Source: the human T2T-CHM13v2.0 reference genome, Homo sapiens. Taken from it: a stretch of 64,000 bases of DNA. The notes beneath the pieces are model-generated. The model was not told the origin of the DNA and ran no database searches. It was given only the letters and a program-made list of their open reading frames with translations. Positions 27,136-42,470 of the stretch are shown piece by piece. The stretch is from NCBI RefSeq assembly GCF_009914755.1, contig NC_060934.1; one strand, written 5' to 3'. A program made the position numbers and the translations under genes. Numbering within the stretch: position 1 is the first letter of the stretch; each line of letters starts with the position of its first letter.

Positions 27136-27989
27136 ATCTGGGCCTTGAAATCGTCTTGTAAAGAAAAATTCCACAATGCTTGATGTTAAACATGTCTCTT
27201 CTTTAATGTGTGCCTCATATTTTTACAGCTGGACTAATTTTTAGTTTTCCAGGGAAATTAAAGGAGTGAATATGGAAATACTAATTGCATTTGTTTTCAC
27301 TTCATTCTTGGAAGGTGAATGCCAAAGTGAAAACTTTTGACTGATTGAAATAATTTTATATCAATAATGAATCAATTTCTGCCTGCAATGTGAACATGAA
27401 ATTTTCATTGACACCTTTGTGAGTATATGAATGCTAATTTAAAGGAAGTTTTAAAATATTTAAATATAAGCATATATATATTTATTAACTTTCAATTTTA
27501 AATACATATTTTTAAAGTTGTATGTTCTTGAGGCTTACATGTTAGACCAAAGCTTTTCAGAAATAAACATCTTAGATTTTTTTCTTCCATATTAGAGTTA
27601 GTAATTTATCTTCCTTTGGACCTTTTACCCCCAATCTCCTTAGAACATTATTGAATTTTCAGCTAAATTTACCTTTAGCACTCAAAAGTTATTTTAGTGA
27701 TTTATTTTTATTGAAAAACCTCAAAGGAAAACACCTTTAAAAAGTCTAAAGCAAAATACTTTTATTTCCTACTTAATTTTTTTCTAATTCCTCGGAAGAA
27801 TTCGTTTTCTTCTATGTTGTCTTGAGGTTCATGTAATTGAACAAGAAGATTCAGAAGGTCTCTATTAAGTAAAAACAAGTCATTGGTATTCAATGGGGGT
27901 GATGGATTGCTCACTGGAACACTCATTTGTCTATAGCCTCAATCAAAAACTGGTAATTACTTCATAATTAAACAATTTGAATTAGAAGG

Positions 27990-29420
27990 GTTCTTAAAAG
28001 ATTGAATACAAGCATTGTATCTGAAACTTGAACGTGATAACATTTTTTAGAAACCAACAGCAACATCAAATTTGTAGGTGAAAAACAGAGCCCCCCTATT
28101 AACAAAACAATACCTCCTGTTAGCACAGTAGCTGAGTATTGCTCCAGAGTTATCTAGCCAATGCAGTAAGATTACAAAAGTGGAATAATTGCTGTAAATA
28201 TTGGAAAGCTAGAAGAAAATGATCTTTTGTTCATACGTTGTTCACATAGAAATAATAGACTCAACTCAAAAATAGTATTAGCAAACATTATGAAGTTAAG
28301 ATACAAGATAACTATGTAAAAATTAATCTTTCTCTATATCTATTAGTCTCTCTTTATCTACAACCAGCAAACTATGGCCCACAGGCCATATCTGACTTCT
28401 TGCCTTTTTTTGTAAATAAAGTTTTATGCCCATTTGTTTACATATTGTCTGTGGCTGCTTTTGTATTATGGTGATGACTGAGTGAATAGTATCAGCAGAG
28501 ATCATATGTCTTATAAAGCCTACAATTTTTACCACCTGGCCCTTTAAAGAAAATTTTTGCCAACCCCTGTTCTGTATCTTCAACAGGAAAAATATCTTTG
28601 AGCAACAGGCATATATAAAATGTATATTTTATAAAATATGTGAAATACTTAAGATTAAACTTAACAAGAACGTGCCCAGATGATGCTTACATTCTAAATG
28701 AACAGTAAATGTATGAAAAGAGCTAAGATATTTTTGAGAAAGAAAAATTAACTGGAGGAAAGGGAAAAGGTTTGCCTTAACGATAGTCAAAGTATTATCT
28801 AAAGTCACAGTAATTAAAACAATCTGATTCTGGCACATGGATATATAGATAGATAAATGGAACAAAATAGAGTTGAGCATTACAGACTCATTTATATTTG
28901 TGAATTTGCTGTATGCTAAGGATAGCATTTCAAATACAGAGCTTCAAATACATGAAACAAAAATGGATATATAAGATCAAACTGGAAAAATATGCAAATC
29001 CATAATTAGAGTTTGAGGTTTCAGCATTTGTCTCTAAGTAATTGATAGAACAAGTAAACAGAAAATAAGACGTAAAAGATTTGAATAACCCTACCAACCT
29101 GCTTGACCTAACTGATACAGAACACTAAACTACAGCAGAATACACATTCTTTTCAAGCGGACATAGAACATTCACCAAAAGAGACTGTATTTTGGGTCAT
29201 TAGTCTCACTATATTTCAGAAGAATGTAACTATATAAAGTATGATTATGGAATTAACTAGAAATCAATAATGTGAAGATATTTTTAAAATTCCAAAATAT
29301 TTGGAAATTAAACAGCATACTTCTAAATAACTTATGAGTCAGAGAAAAAATTAGAAGTTACAAAATATTTGGAACTGAACGAAAATAAAAACGCAACAAA
29401 ACTTTTGAGATTCATTGACA
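27990..29420 (+). mobile_element. Ancient L1M(E) ORF2 fragments, split by MER58A
   Basis: A-rich with ORF2-like cores: cagcagaatacacattcttttcaag, gtaattaaaacaatctgattctggca. Confidence 0.6.
28360..28569 (-). mobile_element. MER58A-like DNA transposon
   Basis: gcaaactatggcccacaggcca...tggccctttaaagaaaatttttgccaacccctg. Confidence 0.85.
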
Positions 29421-29890
29421 AAACTTGGGGAGAAAGTCATGCACTTGTTTGGTTCATGCTGAATTCATTATACCTATGCAAGTGTCTCTACAAGTTTCAT
29501 GTTAAAAAAGATTCCTGAGCTGAAAACTCAGGTCTGGAGGAATGCTTGCCTTGAAAGTGATGTTTGAGGGCATGGGAATGGATAAGCTCCACAAACAAAG
29601 TGAGATGGAGGCCAAGGGCAGAGCACTGAGGAACTTCAACATTCACTTCAACCCTGATTGCCCTCCAGGGCCTGGCCTAAGAACTATCTCTTCTATGAAG
29701 CCTTCTAACACTCATCTCTCCCTCTGCTGATTCCTTCAGCAATGCTTCTCAAACTCTGGTGAAGGACCCGTTTTATTTACCAACTGATAGACCTGAACAC
29801 AGCCTAAAGATCCAACAGATATTTACTAGGAGGTGTGGTGGGGCTAAGCTGAGGATGGCGTCTGAAACTGGATGGGCATTGCTCACTTTC

Positions 29891-31578
<1,688 letters not shown>

Positions 31579-31699
31579 ACCTTCAAAGTGGAAAAGTGCG
31601 AGGAGTACATGGTAGGGTCTGAAGGGGTTAGAGCAGTGTAGCTCTTATCTGCTCTAAAAGGTGACCAGCCAGGGCTCCTTTCCAGAACAGAGTCACACT

Positions 31700-32960
31700 G
31701 AGGAGAAACCTTAGAATCAAAGATGAGGAGAGAATGGAGAGAATGGGATAAAGAAAAGAGAAGATCCTATAAAAGTGATTGAGGAGAATAGAGCCAGAAA
31801 ACCTCAGAAAGCAAGCTCAGTGAACTTATAAGAGCTGTCTGTCCAAGTCAAGTTTAGTTCAGGAAATCCAAATTCACATGGAAACAAGCACTAGAAAATA
31901 TTATGATCAAATCCCGTACAAGTTACCATAAGAAAAAAAAAAGACTGAGAAGCTGAATAGCATCCCTTACAAACAATGAAGGTACACCAGAAAGATACAC
32001 TCAAAACACAGTTCTCAATGGCAAGCAGCTCGGGAAGTCACAGAAAACGATATCCTACTATTTCAAAATGAGCTTAAAGACAATAGGAGAATTGCATAAA
32101 ACAGGATGGAATAACAAAAATCAGAACTAGAAAAATTTAAAGCAGTATGAAAATCAAGAAAGAGTTAGAAACAAAAATTAGAAATAAAATCTATAAACTA
32201 GAAGGAACACAAAAAAATTGATAACTGATGCTTTACAATAAATAGAAAGCTTAAGAGGAATAATTTCAAAACAAAATGGAGAAAGAAAACAGGATTTAAG
32301 AGCATAAGAAGGATCAATGATAGGTAAAGAAGACTAGTAGATAGATAACAGAAAGTTTAAAGAAGAAAAACCAAAGCAAGGGTTCAGAACAAATTCACTA
32401 ATTCAAGAAATATTTAGAGTAATAATTAAAGAAAATTTTCCTGAAATAATTGTTTTTAAAATTATATGTTGAAGTATCATAGTACATACCTGAAACCATC
32501 AAATGAGTATGACCAATACCAAGGTTTAATAAATTTTAAGTAAAATTGCTGCAGTTTGAAGAAAGAAAATGGGGGGGGGGGAGGATTTACGCAAAAGAAT
32601 ATGAGGAAAAGAAAATTAGATGATTATCAGATTTTTAAGAGTAATGCTTTAATACAAAAGAAGATGGAATAATAAGATGTCCAAGGAAAGATTTTTATGA
32701 GCCAATATGTTATGTCTAGAAAAACTGACCTTGATGCACAGGGTGAAAATTGAAATCAACATGCAAGAGCTCAGAAAATATTGTTCCCAAGAGCCATTCC
32801 TCAATAGATGCAGAAAAAAAATTCGAATCAAATTTGATATCCATTCTATATTTTAAAAATAAAAAATTTTAGTAAACTTGGAATAGAAGGGAATTACCTT
32901 AATCTGCTAGGGCATAGCTACAGCAAACTTACAACAGAAGCACATTTTATGGTAAAACAC
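31700..32960 (+). mobile_element. Ancient L1M/HAL1-like ORF1-region remnant
   Basis: Very A-rich, with gaaaattttcctgaaat and ttatcagatttt cores. Confidence 0.5.
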
Positions 32961-35242
32961 TGTTTCTCTCCTATAAGTTAAGTACTGTTTTGGACTGGTC
33001 TGAAGAATGGATTGGAATGCAACTGGGGAAACTGAGTCCATCACACAGCCAGGCTTGGAAATAATAACCCCAGGGAAACAACTAAACGTCCCTTTATGCA
33101 AAAGAACCTATCTTCCTCACTGGTAACACTGCCAGAATTCTTTTTCAGATATGGAGGGGGGGTGGATTTGGTTAATTATACTCCATAGAGCACCTTTAAA
33201 ATTCTGTCAAGCCTTTCTCCTCAGGATCACCACTGAGATGTTAGCGATCAGAACCATCTCTCTTACAAATCAGATGTATAGAAGGCATTTCACAGTCCAA
33301 ACTGAAATATGTATGTTCACAGTATTTCATTCTCCAAGCATATACATCTCCAGCAGAGCACAAGACTCTACGGTTGCTGAAGGGCTTATTTACCAGTAAT
33401 TCTGGCTGCATGAAGCAGAAAATGAGGTAAACATTAAAGCGAGTAGCAACAAAGGACTGAATCAAAGAGGCTGGCTTTCCAAGAGCCTGAGCTTTACTGA
33501 ATGGCCTTACAAAACTAAATGGTGCCTGGGTCCTTTCGGTACTTCCCGAGCTGCTTGCCGTTGAGAACTGGGGCATGCTGGGGCCTCACCAGGATGTCTG
33601 GGCTGGCATACCTGTGGGGTCAACTTATTTCCATGAGAGTTCTTATGGCCTCTAGGGAAGACAATGACAGGGCCTCTGGCACCGACTGCCACCCCCAGAG
33701 CTAGGTGGCATGCCACTTGCTATGACATTAGAGCACAATGATCATTCCTGACTTCTCAGGTCACATACTGTGTGGGAGAATCATCCAGGCATGAAGAGAC
33801 TGCCTAAGCTCTGGACAGAGCCAAAGACTATGAATAAGGGGTTTGTAATTATGTTAGGGAGGCCAAGTGTTGAGAAGGGTTGCTCATATTTTTGTCTGGA
33901 TTTAGACCTTCAGGGAAAGTGTGTTAAGTTGAGGCTGGGTGAATGGCATGACAAAGCCAAACATTATGAGTATGATAAGAACAGATAGCCTGGGGATATC
34001 CTGTTGTTGGGGGGCGTTCCTCAGGGGATTCAATTAAAAGAAAAGAGCCCTCAGCTCTTCGCTGTAATGATGGGAGCACAGGAACCTGTTGCTTTGAGGC
34101 TGGGACAGGAGCCACACCTGCAGCCAGGAGGGTCTTCTGCCAGGGGAATCAGAGTTTGAGGAGTCCAGAGACCCACGGAGCAGCTGCCTCAAGGGGGTGA
34201 GGAGGAACTTCAGAGTGCCGCACAACACTTGGAGATGGGCTGGGGGCTCCTAAATCAGTGCTGGGGGAGGCACCTCTGGGTTTGGAGGCTGTGGTTTTGC
34301 TCTAGCCTGGCTCTATTGGGACTATTGGTTCAGGAAAGTCACAGAAGTAGCCCTTCTCATTCTCATGTGCACTCTGGTTGCCCACACCCAGATACATGGA
34401 CATTCTTGCAGGTGTGTATCTCCTGGCGCTATGCCACTTGCCCTGTGACACACTTGCCCTTTTGACACACCCGTATAATAAGTAGGACAGGCAGGAACAT
34501 GGTCATATTCCAATTGTCGACAAAAACAAACACTATAAAATATTTGAAGAGATTTAAGCATATTAGCACCTGAAGAGCCTGGAGAAGAACTTACATGGAT
34601 AAAATGACATCACTTCAGCTTCTGGTTATGAAATTAGGAATATTAGGATAAGGAGGAGTGAATTAAATATCCAAAGAGCATAATGTAATGACAAATTTGT
34701 TTTGTCTCTTTAGCTAGTATATAGAAATTTCATTATGCATAACTTGGCTGATGACAGTTCATCCTCCAAAAGGTTTTCCAAGATGGGCTCACAAGTTCTA
34801 CTGTCCTTGATTTCTGGCATTCTTTCAATTAATTGAAGTTCTTTATATGTATGTGACATTTTGGCTCTGTATAAAATTCATGTGTCATTTTTTTCTCACT
34901 TGGAGGGCTTGTAGACATTGTTTCACTTACTTTCTCTTAACATTCAGTGTTGTTATGGAGGAATCTATTGTGTTGGAAACATAATTCTCATACACAGAGG
35001 GAGTGAGCACACTTTATTGTTTCATTTAACTGTTTAATGACTAGCCAGCTGGAAGGCAAAAGAGCTGGGTTGGAGAGTATTAACAAACAAGAATTGTTTT
35101 CCCCAGGCACCGTTGTCGACTCATTTATCCTTTATTTTTGAAAGTTTTAAATTTTATTACGTAAAAGTGAAGAAAATGGACATATATTCCACTAGAGTTT
35201 GTCATTAATATAAAGTCTTTCATTGACATGCTAAGTCATTTC

Positions 35243-36485
35243 TTTTTTAAAAAATTTCAACTTTTATTTTAGATTCAGGGGATACATGTGCAGGTTTGTT
35301 ACATGGGTATATTACGTGATGCTGAGGTTTGGCATATGACTGATCCCACCACCCAGGTAATCAGCATAGTACTCAATAGGTAATTTTTGAACTCTTGCCT
35401 CCCTCCCTCTCTCCCCACTGTAGGAGTTCCCAGTGTTTATTGTTTCCATCTTTATGTCCATGAGTACCCAATATTTAGCTCCCACTTGTAAGTGAGAGCA
35501 TACAGTATTTGTTTTATTTTGTTCCTGCATTAATTCATTTAAGATAATGGCATCCAGCTGCATCCATGTTGCTGCAAAGGACATGATTTCGTTCTCTTTA
35601 TATGGCTGTGTAGTATTCCCTGGTGTATATGTACCACATTTTCTTTATCCAGTCCACCACTGATGGGAACCCAGGTTGATTCCATGTCTTCACTATTGTA
35701 AATTGTGCTGAGATGCACATACAAGTGCATGTGTCTTTTTGGTAGAATAATTTATTTTTCTTTGGATATATACCCAGTAATGGGATTGCTGGGTTAAATG
35801 GTAGCTCTGTATTAAGTTCTTTGAGAAATATCCAAACTGCTTTCCACAGTGGCTGAACTAATTACACTCCCGCCAATAATGTATGAGCATGCCCTTTTCT
35901 CCACAGCCTCATCAGCATCTGTTATTTTTTGACTTTTTAATAATAGCCATTCTGATTGGTGTGAGATGGTATCTCATTGTGGCTGCATTTCTCTAGTGAT
36001 TAGTGATGTGGAGCATTTTCTCATATGTTTTTTGGTTGCATGTATGTCTTGTTTTGGGAAGTGTCTGTTCATGCCCATACCCATTAACTTCTCTTCAACA
36101 TAGTCCTGGAAGTCCTAGCCAGAGCAATCATGCAAGAAAAAGAAATAAGAGATAATATAATTCTAAACCAAAAAACCCCTAAAGACCCCACTAGAAGGCT
36201 TCTAGAAATGGTAAACAACTTCTGTAAAGTTTCAACAGACAAAATCAAGGTACAAAAATCAGTAGCATTTCTATACACCAATAATGTTCAATCTGAGAGT
36301 CAAATCAAGAATACAATCCTATTGACAACAGCCACAAAAATATCTAGCAATACATCTAACCAAGGAGGTGAAAGATCTCTACATGGAGAATTAATTACAC
36401 GCTGAAAGAAATCACAGATGATGCAAACAAATGGAAGAACATTCCATGCTCATGATTGGACGAATCAATATCATTAAAATGGTCA
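35243..36485 (-). mobile_element. L1PB/PA16-like with 5' inversion (35243-36077 minus, ~36085-36485 plus)
   Basis: 3' end tacatgtgcaggtttgttacatgggtatatt; plus-strand ORF2 remnant in ORF 36130-36405. Confidence 0.88.
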
Positions 36486-39099
36486 ACTCACTTTTAAACT
36501 CTTCTTGTAACCTTTTTTTGAGGGCCTCTCTCCTTTAGCTCTTCCTGTGTGGAAGCTGTAGTTTTCATCTACTGCGTATTCTTGAGCTGACTGTTGCTTT
36601 CTTTTCTACTATCTTCGAATGGCTTCCTTGATTGTTCTTTTCGTCTTTGGAAGCCACTTTTCCTCCTCTCTGCCAGCTGATGTTGACAGCTGGTGTTGAA
36701 TCAGGGCAGGGGGCAACTCGGATTCTGCTCTGTTGTCTTTAAATCCATCCTCACCAACACTGTCCTGTAGGGGCAGGGGATGTCTCTGCTCCTCAGTTTC
36801 CAGCAGTACATAGTTTCTAAGGAGTGAATGAATGCAAATACCTGACTTTCACTGTGTGATCTCCTAGCATTTGGGTGAAGTAGGCCACCATAATGTCCTT
36901 TCGCTTTTAGAGAAACTGAGTGCCACCACAGGACCAAGAATAAGTAGCATAAGTATTGTCACAGAGAACCCTCAGGAGCTTTCCTTTTTCATGGAATGAG
37001 AAGAGACACATTTGAGTTTTCATTCTGCAGTGCCAACTAGGATGATTACATAGATCATATTTGACAGATAGAACAGCACCTCTGGCCCATTCTCTCCCAG
37101 GCCATTTTTTGAGAGAGGCAAGCTAGTCATGATGAATGCATAGTGATGATGGGGGTCACATTTTAACTCATGTTGCTGTCCAAGGTGTTTGGGAAATCTG
37201 TCAAGCTAATCCTCCTGAATTTTGGAATTCTTGTTTTGCTTAGAAGCTTCTGCTAATAACAGATAGACCCAAGACTTACTGGTTAAAAATGAAATAAGTC
37301 ATAGTATATGTCAGCTGTGTCTAGGATTCAGCCCTCTATGTATACAGTTGCTCAAAGATTTTAAAGCCCCCTGCCCTGACTGTCTCAGGGAGCTGGAGAA
37401 GCTGCCAATGATGATCAAAGGTGACATGAGACTCAGGCCCTGCTGACCCTAGTAGCAGGCCAGGGACAGTTCACTCACCGAGCACAATTTCAACCAAGGA
37501 AACAAAGGGACAAAGGGAGGACAAAAAGAAATAGACAGTCTTTGAATCAAAATAGTGACTCAGCTGTGCAAGGCTCCCTTCACAATACCGCGGTTGGGCA
37601 AAGACACTTTTCCTCTTTGGCCTGACTTGATTTTATGTTGGCCTTGCACCACCCTGTACACAGGGTTCTCTGTGGGGTGCAGTTCATGTGCATGTTCTGC
37701 CCATGATGGGAAGTGGGATTGTGGGCATTTCTTTAAGTAGAAGTGGCTGTCCGTCCTTTCCCAGATACCAATAAGAATCTGAAACCCATTCGGTATAATG
37801 TCTTTCCTAGGCCAGAATCATTCTGCTCCATCTGGAACACATGCTATTCTTGTGTTCCAGGCTGTGAGAACAAGCCTCAACCCTGCAGAGCTGCTGGGAA
37901 GGAAAGGTGTGGGTACCCAGATGGGTCCTGGTTGCTGAAATCAACTTTCATTTGTTTCTTTCTCGAGAGAAAGACACTGGGGAGACCAGCACCAGGCTGG
38001 GCTTAGAACAGCCACATCTCCTTTCAGAACTGTTATTCTCCAATAATTCATGTAGAGCTTCCTCTTACCAGCACCCTCACAAAAATAATTCAACCCCTCT
38101 TGAAAAAAAAAAAAAAAAAAAAGGAAAGAAAACAGACCGCTGTTTTACAAGCTGATTGTTGGGTTGAAACTTTCAATACCTACCTCTGATATTAACCTTG
38201 GTTCAAACGTATTTCAATCTTTGCCATATTCATTTTGTATTATCAGTACCTAAGGTATTTTCTAGTCCCCAGAAACTTTGTTAAATGAGTGAATAAATAA
38301 ATATTATGCAAGTTGGTAGCAGAGTGAGCTCATCCTGATTCTGAATATTAGCTGCATACCTGTTCCATGCACAACTTGGGCTTGGAGACAGCTCCAGCAT
38401 GCTGGAAACTGGGAACCCACAAAGGAGGCAGCTCCACCCGGAGGGCCTCAACGGCCCTGGCCCTGCAGCGCCCCGGACAGGCGCCCCTCTCACAGAGCCC
38501 AGCATGCGGCTCATGCCCAGAGATTATAAATCAAATCCCTGGAATGCCTTCAGATGGGATTACACCACAGCTGGAGGAATTTTCTTTTTTCCCCCCCAAA
38601 CTTAGCACATCATAAAACATAGCCATTTGGGGAAGGAGAACAGCCAGGAGGTGTTTTCGCCTTGGAAGCTCTGTTCTGGGAAGGCTGGGAGGGTGCGGTC
38701 AGGACTGTGATACAGCCACACAGCCCAGGCAGCTTGGCCAGCAAGCACCAGGAGGGCCTCGCTGCACATTCTAGACTCCCCCTGGACCGATGGGCTGGCT
38801 GCTGTGGCCCAGGGCTAGCCCAAACTAGCAGAAAAAGGCCGTGGCTCCCTCTACAGGGCCACCTCGGATTTGTGACATGCAGGCTTACTGTAAGCGAGTG
38901 TAGGTTAGTCCTGGATTCCACTAATCCCTACATCTGTTTCTGAGTCCGTCAGCACCTGTACCTGGCCCAGGTAGGTATAATGCACTTCCGGTCCATGATG
39001 CCACAGGTGTCCAATACCTGCTTCCTGGCCTCAGTGAGCAGAATCCCTACCAGGTCCCCGTCCCGGATCAGGGCAGGCAGTAGATGGTCTCCATCAATT

Positions 39100-39475
39100 C
39101 CTCCCGTCCCTATTCAGGAACACTGCTCTACTTTCAAGAAGTGGAGTCTTTTCCTGCCCCTTGAATTGGGGGCAAAGCTTTGACACTCCCTGACCAATAA
39201 AATGTAGACAAAGTGATGATTTTTAAGCCAGTCCTGATTCTGGCCCTTAAGAAGACCAGCAGCTTCTGCTACCCTGGGGAAGCCACCATCATGCTATAAA
39301 GAAGCTAGGGCTAGACTAATGCCAAGAGGCCAGGTGAAGAGAAGCCACATGGATGAGCACCCAGGTGTGAAACAGTGATGATATCTGCCCAAGCAGGTTG
39401 CTGGCAAGATTGCGTGAGGCCACACGGACAGAGTGCTTAGCATGAACCAGGCAGGCACTAGCAGTTGAGCCAGCG
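39100..39475 (+). mobile_element. Old MaLR (MLT1-type) LTR fragment
   Basis: agaagtggagtct...ccccttgaatt...tgaccaataaaatg...ggcccttaagaagacc. Confidence 0.55.
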
Positions 39476-39841
39476 TTCACTTCCTTCCCCACAGTTCTCT
39501 TGCCCTTCTGACTCTAGAGAAGCCATCTTTTATTCTGGGAGCCCAAGGGCCAAGAGGACAAACTTGAATGAGTAACACGTTGCTGTTCTTCCAGCGTGCT
39601 GAAGGAGAACACAGTGTTTCTTCAGTGCTGATACACCACTTCAAATCTAGGCTGACTTGTAAAGCACCCATTACATTTAAGAATTGCCTTCTGACCCTTT
39701 CTGGAAGGGTTTCCTCAGAGAGCCCAGTAGGCAGTACACCCATGTTACAAATGTGCTGGTGACAACCTACAATGCCTAAGATTTGTCCAAAGCAGCCAAG
39801 TGAAACCCAGAATGGGTCTATACATGTACACATTCACAGCC

Positions 39842-40142
39842 TGTCAAGAAGAAATTGCACTGGACAGTTGTTAAAAATGGCAAGAAAGGTTTTTGCAGTA
39901 GGGGAGAGAGACAAGTATAGAACTGAGTTCAACTCTGCATACAGCAAAGACAGCTAAGGATTTATAGCCAAGGTGCAGGGGTATAGTCAGGTGTCAGTGG
40001 GTGGAAAATCACTAAGAGGAACTTAATTAGACATTAAGGGTTGGGGGAGTCTCCGTAAACTGAGTTCAACAGGCCACGGCCTAGTCAAGAAGAGGGCTCA
40101 AAGCAGACTGACTAAAGTCTGGCAAGGAAGGAGTCCTTGTCA
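39842..40142 (-). mobile_element. MER31-like ERV1 solo LTR with 4-bp TSD AGCC
   Basis: TG...CA termini; AGCC at 39838-39841 and 40143-40146; ggatttatagccaagg and ctagtcaagaagagggctca cores. Confidence 0.82.
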
Positions 40143-40335
40143 AGCCACACCTTCTGTTTATTATCAGATTAAAATTCTCCAATATGTGTAATACAAATTC
40201 TACTTCCATCCATGCATCCTTCCACCCATCCATCCATCCATTCACTTACTTTCTAGTTTAATTTACCTTTCTTCATTTAGTGAATATTTCTAGATATGTC
40301 CTAAGTAAAAGGGGCAGCCTAATAAGCAATCTCTC

Positions 40336-40339
<4 letters not shown>

Positions 40340-40379
<40 letters not shown>

Positions 40380-40505
40380 ATCTATCTAATCTATCATCTA
40401 TATCTATCATCTATAATCTACCTATTATCTCTCTATTATCTATCTATTGATCTATCTACTATCTATCCACCATCTATCATCTATATCATCTATTATGTAT
40501 CTACC
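40340..40505 (+). repeat. (TATC)n microsatellite: 10 perfect units then a degenerate tail
   Basis: Direct reading of 40340-40379, followed by tcatcta variants. Confidence 0.97.
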
Positions 40506-41839
40506 GTCTTTCTAGCCTAGCATATACACATGCATGTCCAACTTCATACATATGTACATATGTGTTTATTATATTTATGTCTGTATATATGGTCATATAT
40601 ATATTAGGTGATGTATATGAGAGAGAGAGATTTGCGGTTGAAGCAGGCAGTGTGAGAAAGGCACAGAGGTGAGAAGAAGCGTGGTGAATTCAGGGGACTG
40701 AAAGCTGATTAGCTTGACTGGAGCCAAGGACAAGGGGATGGGCTGGCTTAGTTTATGTCCCTTGGGGGACCAAAGAGAAGGAGCAGATGGGACATATTAG
40801 CTTCACCAGGCAAAGGTCACCTTAATCAGAGGTTTAGGATCATCAGTAAAATAGGTGATAGTCCAGCCAACATGACCTGCAGTCTGCGGGAGGAGCCACC
40901 TGCTTAAGCGGGGCCCTACAGTCTCCTGAAAGCACCTTTCTTAGACATTTATGCTTTTCAAGACCACCAGTCCCATGAGTCTCAGAAAAAAGAGGGCAAG
41001 TACATAAATTACAAAAAAAAAAAAAGAAAAAAAAAGGTTTTCAATGCCCTAAGGAGAATCTCTTCATCACAGGCTCCTCAGTATCTAAGCTGTGAGAAAT
41101 TTTGCAGTTCAGCAAACCCCAGGAAGAGCACATGCCCTGTAACCTACTATGGGAAACACTAGGCTAAGACAGCGTGTTTCCCAGAGGCTTCTGCTCCCAT
41201 TTACTATGCTGCCAGGGAGTAAGGCACTGGCACATCGGCACCATGCCTTACGCTGGAGGTGGGCAGCATTGTTCATTCTAAGAGTGTCTACACCTCTCTC
41301 TGCCCCAGAGGAGCTGCTTAGGAAGCGCACACTGATAGGAGAGGTGGACATGGTGGAAGGCAGGCTGGGGCGCTGGGAGGGAGTGTAAACTGCGGCTGGG
41401 ACTCAGGCAGGGAGAGAGGCCTAAGCTGAATTTCCAGGAAACAGCCTTGTAGCAGGGCCTTGAGACAGCTGGGTCTTCGACATGTGGAGGGGGAAGGCAT
41501 TCCAGGTGAACGAGAAAATAGGAGTCACTGTGGCACCAGGCAGGCGGTGGGATCCAGTCCAGCAGGCGAAGGACACAAACTTAGATTTGAGGCATTAGAT
41601 GTGTCAAGTGAGTATAAGTTGGGGGTGCAGGGGGAGGCAGCAGGCAAAGCCCTGGCTCCCAATCTCTCCCTTTCCACACGCACCTGGTGTGTGCACGTGT
41701 ACATGGGTAGCACTGGCTCACTCAGGCAGTCATTCTTACCTGGGGGAGGGGGTGGGAAGGGAGCATGGACTTAACTCTCGGGGGTGGGAAGAGAGCATGG
41801 ACTTTATGAAAAAGCCTGTTGGGTGACTCTGATAGTCCC

Positions 41840-42370
41840 TATATTAGCCATCCCTTTTATTTTCTGTATTCTGCTGCTCTGACAGTTTGGGGCCTTGCTG
41901 CCCCTCCCAGCGTTGCCAATTCCTAAGGACAGTGAATAAGTCACCCAAGCGCATGCTTTTCTGACACAGACCAACCAGTCCAGAGCTTACACCCTGAGTG
42001 ACCCCCTCCAGGGGGCTCTCACTCATGATCACTACTCACCTGCCCTAATCACCCAGGGCCAGGTGCCAGACACCTGGGCAGCCCCTGTGCCCCAGACCCT
42101 CTCCTATTATTCAAATTAGCTCATCTTAGGCCTGTTTACCTTGCCTTGCCTGTTGCTTTTCACAGAAACCTCAATAAAGGCTCTTGCCCATAGATTCCCA
42201 CTCTCCTTGACCCCGGACTAAACCCAGTGCTTCCCTGTTGGGCTCTGACTGGGGCACCACGCCTCCTGTTTCTAGGGACCTGTGCGGAGGCCTCTTCCTT
42301 CATGACAGTCATTTTAATCCCTGCATGTCTTACCACACCCGATTCAAACAAATCCCAAATATCCTTATGG
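41840..42370 (+). mobile_element. MER74/MER73-like ERVL LTR
   Basis: ttttattttctgtattct...gccaattccta...ctgccctaatcacccagggccagg...caataaaggctcttgccca. Confidence 0.78.
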
Positions 42371-42384
42371 CAAGCCTGGGGCTA

Positions 42385-42470
42385 AGATGATCAGGACAGT
42401 CCACTTGATGCCTGTTGACCTGCGTAATTATTAATGACACCTCCTTCACTTTCAAAAGTGTCCCAGTTCA
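42385..42470. mobile_element. MER94-like hAT-Blackjack fragment
   Basis: ggacagtcc...gcgtaattattaat...ttcactttcaaaagtgtcccagtt; the TIR-like gggtgac...gtccc lies at 41821-41839. Confidence 0.6.

Noticed and set aside
33690-33716. CTCF-like gagctaggtggca and palindrome gtggcatgccac
   Set aside because: Lacks the 5' CCAC part of the core, and a 12-bp palindrome is expected by chance in 64 kb.
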